DNA of 64,000 bases from contig JBFXLE010000004.1 in assembly GCA_050173015.1 (NCBI GenBank), positions 67,470-131,469 of the forward strand. Direction: 5' to 3'. Source of the DNA: Calditrichaceae bacterium (lineage in GTDB: Bacteria; Calditrichota; Calditrichia; Calditrichales; JBFXGD01). The notes under the pieces were generated by a model. The model was given only the letters and a program-made list of their open reading frames with translations, made no database searches and had not been told where the DNA came from. The position numbers were made by a program, and so were the translations under genes. Shown piece after piece: positions 38,686 through 46,543 of this stretch. Every line of letters begins with the position of its first letter. The stretch's first letter is position 1.

Positions 38686-38810
38686 AAAGAAGTAAGAAGT
38701 AGGAAGGTTTAAAAAAAATATTGGGTGAGGAAGTCCGTGCCCAAAGAAAAAAGTGGATCTTAAAATAAATATAAAGAATAATTCCGGGTTTTAACGAGAG
38801 GAATCAAAAG

Positions 38811-39314
38811 ATGAAAGAACAAAAGTATTGGTCACCCTATTTATCAGGAATTGGCCTGGGGATTACACTCTTGCTGGCTTTTGTGATTATGGGGCGGGGA
38901 CTTGGCGCTTCCGGTGCCATGATGAGGTTTGAAGTCTGGTTTCTAAACCTGTTCGCAGCCGATCATGTGGCGGCAAATCCTTATTTTAGCAAATATGCAA
39001 ATAATCCTTTGTCAAACTGGCTGATTTTTGAAGTAATTGGTGTCATTATCGGCGGATTTTTATCAGGGGCTCTCGCGGGACGCCTGAAATTTAAAATCGG
39101 CAAAGGTCCGAATATTTCAAACAAAGGGCGTTTAGCTCTTGCTTTTGGTGGAGGCGCCTTAATGGGATTCGCCGCGCGTTTGGCGCGAGGATGTACCAGT
39201 GGTCTTGCGCTTACCGGTGGGGCGACGCTCGCTCTTGGAGGCTGGGTTTTTATGCTGATGATCTTCGCGGGTGGATACATGACCGCATATTTCGTCCGGA
39301 GACAGTGGTTATAA
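38811..39314 (+). CDS. YeeE/YedE-family sulfur-compound transporter, half-size subunit 1
   Basis: GRGLGASGA and ARLARGCTSGLALTGG motifs (DUF395 'sulphur transport' signature). Confidence 0.8.
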   Translation: MKEQKYWSPYLSGIGLGITLLLAFVIMGRGLGASGAMMRFEVWFLNLFAADHVAANPYFSKYANNPLSNWLIFEVIGVIIGGFLSGALAGRLKFKIGKGPNISNKGRLALAFGGGALMGFAARLARGCTSGLALTGGATLALGGWVFMLMIFAGGYMTAYFVRRQWL

Positions 39315-39375
39315 ATCAATGATCGTCAAAGGGAATATGATCTGATAAGAATTTTAGATCTTCTCGGAAATTTAA

Positions 39376-39981
39376 ATGATGGAGAAAACTATGGCACCCT
39401 TTTTTAAAATGGGATTTTTTGGAGAGCAGACAAGTTTTATAATCGCTCTGATCCTTGGTATCAGTTTTGGTTTCTGGCTGGAAAGAGCCGGTTTTGGCGA
39501 CAGCCGTAAATTAGCCCTTCAATTTTATTTTGAAGATATGACGGTCCTGAAAGTCATGTTTACGGCCATACTGGTGGCGATGGTAGGAATGATGTATATG
39601 ACCTTGTTTGGCTATCTCGATATTGAAAAAGTATATATCAATCCGACATATATCTGGGCTCAGACAATCGGCGGACTCGTTTTGGGAGTCGGTTTCGCGA
39701 TCGGCGGATATTGCCCGGGTACCTCAGTTGTGGGCGCGGCGACTGGAAGAATTGACGGTTTTGTGTATATTTTGGGAGCTCTGTTCGGGATGTTCGTGTT
39801 TGGGGAGATGTTCCCGTTCATCGAAGAGTTCTATTATGCCGGTTTCATGGGTAACGCGAAGCTGACCGACTTTTTTGGTCTTTCCACCGGTGTGGTGGGA
39901 CTTCTCGTTATTCTGATGGCCGTGGGTATGTTTTACGGCGGTGAATGGTTGGAGAGAAAGTTCAGGAAGGAGACTGTATAA
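39376..39981 (+). CDS. YeeE/YedE-family sulfur-compound transporter, half-size subunit 2
   Basis: GFAIGGYCPGTSVVGAATG motif; 4-5 TM segments. Its stop overlaps the next ATG (TAATG). Confidence 0.8.
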   Translation: MMEKTMAPFFKMGFFGEQTSFIIALILGISFGFWLERAGFGDSRKLALQFYFEDMTVLKVMFTAILVAMVGMMYMTLFGYLDIEKVYINPTYIWAQTIGGLVLGVGFAIGGYCPGTSVVGAATGRIDGFVYILGALFGMFVFGEMFPFIEEFYYAGFMGNAKLTDFFGLSTGVVGLLVILMAVGMFYGGEWLERKFRKETV

Positions 39982-40607
39982 TGACATTTTCAAGCAAAAC
40001 TCTCGGTTTTGGTTTGTTGGTTTTATTGGGTCTGATTCTGGCATTCTCACCCGTGGATAAGATGAGCCGGAAGCCGGTTACAGCCGAACAACTGATCAAA
40101 GAAATCACGACAAAAAAAGATTTTGTTCAGCCGGAAGACCTGGCGCACTGGATTATTGATAAAGATCCGGGTTTTCAGGTGATTGATGTCCGGTCAAAGG
40201 ATGACTATGCAAAATATCATATTCCCGGAAGTGTCAGCATTCCGCTTGAGAAATTGGTCGATTCAGAGAGCAGGGACTATATCTATGCGAATAAAATGTT
40301 GATTCTTACTTCAAACGGAAACACAAATGCATCCCAGGCCTGGATTTTTATGAAGCAATTGGGATATAAGGAAGTTTATATTCTTTCGGGCGGAATGAAT
40401 TACTGGGTAGATGTTTTTAGCAATCCTAATCCTCCGGAAGGTAGCTACACGGACGATGAACTCTTCACTTACCAGTTCCGAAAAGCGGCTGGGCCGGTGA
40501 TGATGGGAACGGCGGTCGCTACTTCATCCGAAGTAACAATTGAAGCGCCGGCTCCTGTAAAAAGAGCAATCAGGATGCCAAAGAAAAAGCGTGATGAGGG
40601 ATGTTAA
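39981..40607 (+). CDS. Exported rhodanese-homology-domain protein lacking the catalytic Cys
   Basis: I chose the ATG at 39981 (MTFSSKTLGFGLLVLLGLILA signal/anchor) over the track's 39945. Rhodanese fold FQVIDVRSKDDYAKYHIPGSVSIP...LILTSNGNTNASQAW...GYKEVYILSGGMNYW. Ser occupies the active-site Cys position. Confidence 0.75.
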   Translation: MTFSSKTLGFGLLVLLGLILAFSPVDKMSRKPVTAEQLIKEITTKKDFVQPEDLAHWIIDKDPGFQVIDVRSKDDYAKYHIPGSVSIPLEKLVDSESRDYIYANKMLILTSNGNTNASQAWIFMKQLGYKEVYILSGGMNYWVDVFSNPNPPEGSYTDDELFTYQFRKAAGPVMMGTAVATSSEVTIEAPAPVKRAIRMPKKKRDEGC

Positions 40608-40615
40608 GATTACCT

Positions 40616-40651
40616 GAAGCAGGGCAGATAATTTCTGCTCTGCTTTTTTTT
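40616..40651 (+). terminator. Rho-independent terminator at the convergence point
   Basis: GAAGCAGGGCAGA-TAAT-TTCTGCTCTGCTT (one G:T pair) followed by T8. It abuts the stop of the minus-strand cytochrome gene. Confidence 0.7.
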
Positions 40652-42290
40652 ATTTGTTGAATAGTTCTTCTATGCCGTCGTTTTTAAATGCCCTTGTCCG
40701 CCACTTTTTGTAATCCGCCGATTTTTCCAACAATCTTCGTTGTTCCTGACTGTTTAATAAACGGCTTCCCGGTATAACAGGTTCGGTCGGCAGAGTTATT
40801 GAATTTGAAACGGAGTTCGAAAAAGCATTGCGAATTCCCAATCCGGCGGCTTTGGTATTACCGTGACAGCTTTCACAGACGCGCCCACTCTTCCCGGTTG
40901 TGTGGGGTGTGTACGCATCCCATGACCAACCGGGGCGCCCGTCAGATCTTTTCGGGATGACCGAATCAAGCCATAAATTTTCACTGGAATCCACATACGT
41001 TATAAAATACTGATGTAGCGGTCGGATAATTGAGTATTTTCCATTGGAATTTACTCCCAGCACGGGATCTTCCCATCGTCTGAACGACCAGCCTTTATAC
41101 CAGATTCCGGTTGATTCCACACCTGTTAAACGATTGGGCGAATGAGCGGTTGGCCGTACTGTCGGATCAATCAGAAACATATCGGTCAATAAATTGATAA
41201 CGGATTTATCTCCCTGCCAAATCAAATTTTCCCATATTTCATAATGTTTGGTTTCATCCAGAAAAAGATGAAGACCGTAATCCTGGTATGACCATTGCGC
41301 GTGACACGAACCGCAGGTTAAATCCGCGTGAAAATCCATATGTGATATGATGTCTTTATTAAATTTTATTACATCTTTTTTATTTGGAGCTTGTTTAAAT
41401 CCGCCGTGGCAATTTTCGCACCTGATATCCGAAGGCTGCTCTCCAAATTTTCTATTTCGGAAATCACCCATGACACTCTGTGAAGTGTGACAGTCAAGAC
41501 ATGTCATACCCGCATTCTGATGCACATCGGTAGCGAGACGGTGCTGATAGGCGCCGAAGAAGGGTTGGCTTCCGTAAGGCGTCGCGTATTCCTGATGATA
41601 GTCATGTTCAAAATAACCATAATAGTCACCACCGATATGATTATTTGAATGACAAGTCAGACAGGTTTTATCCACAACTTTTTTCTGCATTTTATGACCA
41701 TGCAGGGGCTCACCATTTTTCTGATCGAAGGGAATATGACAAGATGCGCATCCGCCGGCTCTTATTTTACCAGGCTGCTCATCCTTCCCTGAAGCGTTAA
41801 AGTGACAGGAAAGACATTTTTTTGCCAGCAGATTGTCCACGAGCTCCGGAGGGGTCGTACCTGTGGCGCGTCCTGTTCTGCCCAGCAGTTTCCATTGATC
41901 GGGATCAGGATTCGTAACAAGCGTTTTGTCTTTTCCCCAAAGATATCTGGTCTGTGAGATCATTCCCCCGGCAGAGTAGTGAAGGCTGTTTTTAAATTGA
42001 GTGATTTCTTTTTGATGACAGCTGAGACATTTTTCACGCCACCATTTTTCTAATGAAGGATTTTGTATCACACGCGAATGACCTGCCTGATCGGGTTGAA
42101 AATCAGCGTTTGGTGAGGAATGACAGTCCGCGCAGGTAATATTGCAGCTGGATTCAATACCCTTATGACAATCAACGCAGTTCTCGCCCGCGTATCCGGC
42201 GGACACGACCATGAGCAATAAAACCTGAAGGCTTATTTGTCGGATTAACCTCACAGAATAACAACTCTTAATCATCAATTTTTTCTGCAT
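40650..42290 (-). CDS. Decahaem c-type cytochrome (periplasmic)
   Basis: Signal peptide and 10 CxxCH motifs (CVDCH, CADCH, CLSCH x2, CASCH, CLTCH, CLDCH, CENCH, CGSCH, CESCH). Overlaps the upstream gene by 16 nt. Confidence 0.9.
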   Translation of the reverse strand: MQKKLMIKSCYSVRLIRQISLQVLLLMVVSAGYAGENCVDCHKGIESSCNITCADCHSSPNADFQPDQAGHSRVIQNPSLEKWWREKCLSCHQKEITQFKNSLHYSAGGMISQTRYLWGKDKTLVTNPDPDQWKLLGRTGRATGTTPPELVDNLLAKKCLSCHFNASGKDEQPGKIRAGGCASCHIPFDQKNGEPLHGHKMQKKVVDKTCLTCHSNNHIGGDYYGYFEHDYHQEYATPYGSQPFFGAYQHRLATDVHQNAGMTCLDCHTSQSVMGDFRNRKFGEQPSDIRCENCHGGFKQAPNKKDVIKFNKDIISHMDFHADLTCGSCHAQWSYQDYGLHLFLDETKHYEIWENLIWQGDKSVINLLTDMFLIDPTVRPTAHSPNRLTGVESTGIWYKGWSFRRWEDPVLGVNSNGKYSIIRPLHQYFITYVDSSENLWLDSVIPKRSDGRPGWSWDAYTPHTTGKSGRVCESCHGNTKAAGLGIRNAFSNSVSNSITLPTEPVIPGSRLLNSQEQRRLLEKSADYKKWRTRAFKNDGIEELFNK

Positions 42291-44071
42291 GGCAGGTGGC
42301 TCTCATTCCGGTACCTTTCGATACTTTGTTCAAAATTTCTATAAATGGCGTCATTATAGGTATCATGACAGGTGATACAAAGACTAACCCTGTAAATGTT
42401 TTTGATCTCTTTCATGTCAAACGGGCGGGCGGTGAGTCTTGACATGCGTTGGGTCAGCCTGCCCTGACCATCGGTCATCATCTCAAGGCTAGTTTTCCCA
42501 AGGCCGGCCGTTTGCGTATCGTACAGTTGCTGTGTTTCGAAACCATTTTCTCGCGGTTTCAGAAATCCTTCTCCCATTCCTAGACGCTTGATATTACTGT
42601 GGCAATCTATACATTCCGGCACTGATTTTCTTGTAGAATGCGGATCAAACGGGGCCATGGTCAGCCAGGTTTTTTGCTGTCTGATCTGCAAAGAGTCATT
42701 CAGTTCGGTTAAATACACCTGGCATCCGGGAGCGAAGGGCATAACCCGATCCAGATTGTCCACACCGAGTGTGGGTTTTTCATAGCGCAGGTATGAGCGT
42801 CCCTCACGCCAGTGGCCGAATGTTTCCTCATTGCTGACTTTGTCAAGCTGTTTTTTGGTGGGATCGTAAATATCATGACAACCGTAACACTGCGGCGTAT
42901 AAGCGGAGTGACAGGACTGACATCCCATCCTATCATGTCCCTGAAAATTACAGGCTTCATTATTTTTGTTTTGCGGAATTTCCAGCTCTTTACCGTCAAG
43001 TTTTCTGGTCAGCACGGGCTTTCCCGACCGCATTTCTACATTGGCGTAAAATGAACCGCGGGTTGTTCTTGCCAACAGGGAATCATCCGGCATCATAAGA
43101 TTTTGGTTGACAGATATAATTTTCCATACAATATTATCCGCGGGAGGACGTTCAAATTCCGCGTCATGACAGTCTTCACATTTGATATGCACCTGCTGTT
43201 CAAGGTGCTCGTATCTTTTGCCGTCTCCCATGATATCTTCCGCGACATGGCAGTCGATACAGGTCATTCCCGCGTCAAAATGGACATCCGCTGTTATATG
43301 ATAGTAAAATCTGCCGCCTGAGAGTTCCATTTGGGAAGTATTTCCGCCCTCATAGGGTGTGCCGTATCCTTCTGATTCAAATTTTCCCTGATAGGTCAGC
43401 GCTGTTCTGTTGGAGCGGTTATGGCATTTTTCACAGGTCGGGATATCGATTTCCACACTCAGCGTTGGATGTATTTTCAAATTCTCGTTTTTCACCAGGT
43501 GACAATCGTTGCATCCGCCACCGCGTTCTCCGATTTCTCCGGGGAAATCATTTTCGCGTTTATTGATATGACAACTCGCGCAAAGCTTTCGGAGATGCGA
43601 GGTCGCCAGCGAAGTGTCCGGAATGTTCTGATCTATATGAAGCGTGGAATCATCGGGAGTTGATTTTTCATACCATTGATAGAGAGTTGACGCAACCAGT
43701 CCTGAATTTGAAGTCATTATGGAATTTTTAACGGAATGCGCCAGATCGGAATGGCATTCGCTTTTACCGCAGGTTTGGTCAACCCAGTGTAGATCGGATG
43801 GATTCCTGACCATGCCGTAGTGCGCGTTTCTTTCATCGGCTGCATCCGGATTTCCGAGATGACAGGTGTAACATCCAAAGATTTTATTTGGGTGTGAAGA
43901 ACTCATATCCTTCTCATCAGCATGACAGGAAATACAGCGGTCAGGCCGATTAAGGGCGTTTATGTTATCATTCGTGCCGTTATTCTGTATGGTTAAAATG
44001 ATAACCAGAAGAAGAATCAAAATTGAAAGAATTAAATATGTCCGGGGTTTCATCTGTTTAAAAATTGCCAT
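42275..44071 (-). CDS. Multihaem c-type cytochrome: 11 CxxCH plus 1 CxxxxCH, with an N-terminal membrane anchor
   Basis: CISCH, CYTCH, CASCH, CNDCH, CEKCH, CIDCH x2, CEDCH, CQSCH, CYGCH, CITCH, plus CGKSECH. Shares the block DVHxxAGMTC(I/L)DCH with the decahaem paralogue. Confidence 0.9.
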   Translation of the reverse strand: MAIFKQMKPRTYLILSILILLLVIILTIQNNGTNDNINALNRPDRCISCHADEKDMSSSHPNKIFGCYTCHLGNPDAADERNAHYGMVRNPSDLHWVDQTCGKSECHSDLAHSVKNSIMTSNSGLVASTLYQWYEKSTPDDSTLHIDQNIPDTSLATSHLRKLCASCHINKRENDFPGEIGERGGGCNDCHLVKNENLKIHPTLSVEIDIPTCEKCHNRSNRTALTYQGKFESEGYGTPYEGGNTSQMELSGGRFYYHITADVHFDAGMTCIDCHVAEDIMGDGKRYEHLEQQVHIKCEDCHDAEFERPPADNIVWKIISVNQNLMMPDDSLLARTTRGSFYANVEMRSGKPVLTRKLDGKELEIPQNKNNEACNFQGHDRMGCQSCHSAYTPQCYGCHDIYDPTKKQLDKVSNEETFGHWREGRSYLRYEKPTLGVDNLDRVMPFAPGCQVYLTELNDSLQIRQQKTWLTMAPFDPHSTRKSVPECIDCHSNIKRLGMGEGFLKPRENGFETQQLYDTQTAGLGKTSLEMMTDGQGRLTQRMSRLTARPFDMKEIKNIYRVSLCITCHDTYNDAIYRNFEQSIERYRNESHLPCRKN

Positions 44072-44961
44072 CCATCCCCTCGAAAATATGTACCAATGAT
44101 GCTTTCAATCATATAAATAATAATCATAAGGAGTATAAAATACAGCACGGACTTTTCAAATTTCTTTACTACCGGTAACAGAAAGAAGGCGATGAGTATC
44201 AGCGAGGGGAAAACAACACCAGCGATCGAAACCGGCAGCCAGGCAAGAAGTTCCTGCAATCCGATGAAGTACCAGGGTCCTTTTACAACTTCAATAACCG
44301 CGTCCGGTCTGAATCCCAGTTTTGCGGGAAACAAAATTGCAAAAAGTGAGATCAATATGATTGTATATGCAAACGCGTACCGCTCCGATTTTAATCTGTG
44401 AATATGAATATAGGTAAGAATCACGGATAAGATTGAAAAAGTGGCCGCGTGATGCGTATAGATTACCGCCAGCGGTGTTGTTGAACGTTCCGACTGCAGG
44501 AGAAAGTTTGACAGAGTATTCCCAAGCGCGGGAAGCGTTTGCAGGATTCCGTCAAAGATATGCACCGCGGAAAAACTTTCCTTGCTGCCGATACTTAAAA
44601 ATCCGCTGAAGACGGTAAGAATGGAGATTACGAACAGAATGATAAGCAATCCCCATGATTTCATGGTATAGCTTTGATAAGTTTTTTTTAAAAGATATTC
44701 AATGATATGGATGACTGTTGAAATTAGAAATATATCACCCGCGTAAGAATGGAAACCGTGTAAAAAAGCACCCATATAGCCGGCGCTGATGAATTGACTG
44801 ACACTCCGGAATGGATCGTCGCCGGAAATATAGAAGGGTATGAGCATTAATCCTGAAATCAGGGCTAATACAAGGCTGCTGAGTGAAATTTCCCCCCAGC
44901 CCGGCATCCACAATGTTTTTTCAAAAAAGACTGATCGGTTCAAGATTTTATCCATTTTCAA
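44050..44961 (-). CDS. Cytochrome b of a Rieske/cyt b complex
   Basis: FHSYAGDIFLISTVIH gives H-x13-H and HAATFSILSVILTYIH gives H-x14-H, the bis-His haem ligand spacing of helices B and D. A Qo-loop-like GPWYF sits where PEWYF occurs in canonical cyt b. Confidence 0.75.
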   Translation of the reverse strand: MKMDKILNRSVFFEKTLWMPGWGEISLSSLVLALISGLMLIPFYISGDDPFRSVSQFISAGYMGAFLHGFHSYAGDIFLISTVIHIIEYLLKKTYQSYTMKSWGLLIILFVISILTVFSGFLSIGSKESFSAVHIFDGILQTLPALGNTLSNFLLQSERSTTPLAVIYTHHAATFSILSVILTYIHIHRLKSERYAFAYTIILISLFAILFPAKLGFRPDAVIEVVKGPWYFIGLQELLAWLPVSIAGVVFPSLILIAFFLLPVVKKFEKSVLYFILLMIIIYMIESIIGTYFRGDGWQFLNR

Positions 44962-44967
44962 AAAAGA

Positions 44968-45363
44968 TCAAATAATTATCTCAATATCATTCGTTTCGTT
45001 GAGTTTATAATCCAGATCGGTCAGATTTTTTTTTGCCGGTCCGGATAAATAATTCCCTTCATTGTCAAATTTGCTGCCGTGACAGGGGCAGATGAACATT
45101 TTGCTGTTTTCGTTAAAATTTACGGTGCATCCCAAATGAGTACATTTTTTTGAAATGATGCGCAATTTTTGATGGTCAGTTCTGACAAAGAAAAATTCGG
45201 TTTCCTTCAGGTCTTTCAATTTTAATTTTAGAACATGTTTCTTTTGGGAAATACGATTTAAAAAACCGGAAAATGGAAAATACAAAAGACCTGCAGCCAG
45301 AAATAAAATTCTCCGGCCTAATGTATGTAAAAATGTGCGGCGTTTGTAAGTGTTTTCCGACAT
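44968..45363 (-). CDS. Rieske [2Fe-2S] protein
   Basis: CTHLGC...CPCHGS cluster-binding boxes. N-terminal RRTFL Tat-like motif plus a TM anchor. Confidence 0.85.
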   Translation of the reverse strand: MSENTYKRRTFLHTLGRRILFLAAGLLYFPFSGFLNRISQKKHVLKLKLKDLKETEFFFVRTDHQKLRIISKKCTHLGCTVNFNENSKMFICPCHGSKFDNEGNYLSGPAKKNLTDLDYKLNETNDIEIII

Positions 45364-45403
45364 ATCAATTATTTTTTTGTGAGACTATTTTATATGATAA
45401 GGG

Positions 45404-46543
45404 TTAGATCCCCGATGAGTCATTCTTCTCCCGGACAGTTGTTTCGACTGTTAAAACCTGGATGAAGAGCTGTGTCATAAAACTGTCCAATCTCCTGATT
45501 CCCTTATTATCTCCGGATACGATCCAGCTTTGCCGGATAATTTGTTTAAATAAGGGGAACAATCCAATTATAGATTCAATTTCCGGCGAATAGTGTATTT
45601 TTTTTCTGCTCAAATATGACCTGAGTTTGTTGATCACTATCGGTCCTAATATAAAGTACCAGATAGTCATTATAAGAACGGATCTCGCTACCATTAATAA
45701 AGCTGCTGTTCCTTGGTTTTTCTCAAATACGGGAAAAATATAGGACAAAATCAGGATCGATGATATAATCACGAGTAGCATTATATTGGAAAATTTATGC
45801 CAGGGACGTTTTCTTTTCTTTTTTTTCGGAGGATTATCCGCTTTATCAGAATCCACAGTCAGATTCAACGATACCGGATTGTTTTTTAATTCGTTTTTTA
45901 TTTTAACGCTAAGGATAGGCGCCCAAACACCTGCCGATACACCGGCCGCAACGTGAATGCCTACATATAGAATGATAAATAAGGCGCTGATGCTGAGTGG
46001 CAGGGAATCCGTTCCTGAAAGAAAAAGTTGACCAAGAATATATTCTGTAAACAAGTCAATCGAATTCCACAGATTATTACCGAAAACAACGGTCAAAATG
46101 ATGATTTTCTGAATTCCCGATTGAAACAAGGCCAGAGCTCCGAGGATGGGAGCGGCTATACCGGGGTATTTTATCCATCGGAATATAAATTCACCGAACA
46201 AACCCTGCAAACCCACGGCGATATACGCGGTAATCGGTGTGTGTGGACTGACAAGACCTTTCACAATTAAAACCAATAGAGTGGCGCGGAGAATGGTGTT
46301 TTTTTTATCCGAAAAACAAGCGATAAGCGTCATAAATATCACAGCGCTGCTGCCGATTATCAATCCGGTGAACGGGATTTTAAATGCATGCAGAATGCCT
46401 CCGAGTCCTGCTTCGCTTAAGGCCCAAAGCGCTGTAATTCGGTCGATAGCTCTCGTACGGGAAAAGTAATACCCGGCCGGAGAATCATTGGTAATCATTG
46501 TATTTTTGATGGGATTATTCATTTTTCTTGCTTCAGGTATCAC
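45404..46543 (-). CDS. Polytopic membrane protein of unknown function
   Basis: About 9-10 TM segments interrupted by a basic loop (PPKKKKRKRPWHK). A 4-nt overlap joins it to mobA. No family recognised. Confidence 0.6.
   Translation of the reverse strand: MIPEARKMNNPIKNTMITNDSPAGYYFSRTRAIDRITALWALSEAGLGGILHAFKIPFTGLIIGSSAVIFMTLIACFSDKKNTILRATLLVLIVKGLVSPHTPITAYIAVGLQGLFGEFIFRWIKYPGIAAPILGALALFQSGIQKIIILTVVFGNNLWNSIDLFTEYILGQLFLSGTDSLPLSISALFIILYVGIHVAAGVSAGVWAPILSVKIKNELKNNPVSLNLTVDSDKADNPPKKKKRKRPWHKFSNIMLLVIISSILILSYIFPVFEKNQGTAALLMVARSVLIMTIWYFILGPIVINKLRSYLSRKKIHYSPEIESIIGLFPLFKQIIRQSWIVSGDNKGIRRLDSFMTQLFIQVLTVETTVREKNDSSGI

Larger units (their letters stand above)
38163..38710 (+). repeat. 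Non-coding tandem repeat: 172-bp unit x 3 plus a partial 4th copy
   Basis: Copies at 38163-38341 (179 bp, one extra heptad), 38342-38513 and 38514-38685, plus a 25-bp partial copy. The marker GATTAAGAACGGT recurs at 38238, 38410 and 38582 (period 172). Each unit has about 79 nt of 7-nt-phased purine heptads (GAAGTAR/GAAGTGG then AAGAAAA) followed by a 93-nt hairpin. No ORF of 60 aa or more on either strand. Confidence 0.95.

Noticed and set aside
38163-38710. Possible CRISPR array
   Set aside because: The units are contiguous 172-bp copies with no unique spacers. The repeat length is far above CRISPR range, and no cas genes are in the window.
38727-38742. GAGGAAGTCCGTGCC resembling the RNase P RNA P4 motif GAGGAAAGUCCGGGC
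   Set aside because: The match is imperfect. Only about 100 nt of non-coding sequence is available before the yeeE-like start, far too short for RNase P RNA, and no other conserved RNase P regions are visible.
39945-39980. Upstream start for the rhodanese-like gene as given in the ORF track
   Set aside because: It would overlap the yeeE-half gene by 37 nt and put 12 residues in front of an otherwise typical N-terminal signal/anchor. The ATG at 39981 forms a TAATG coupling junction.
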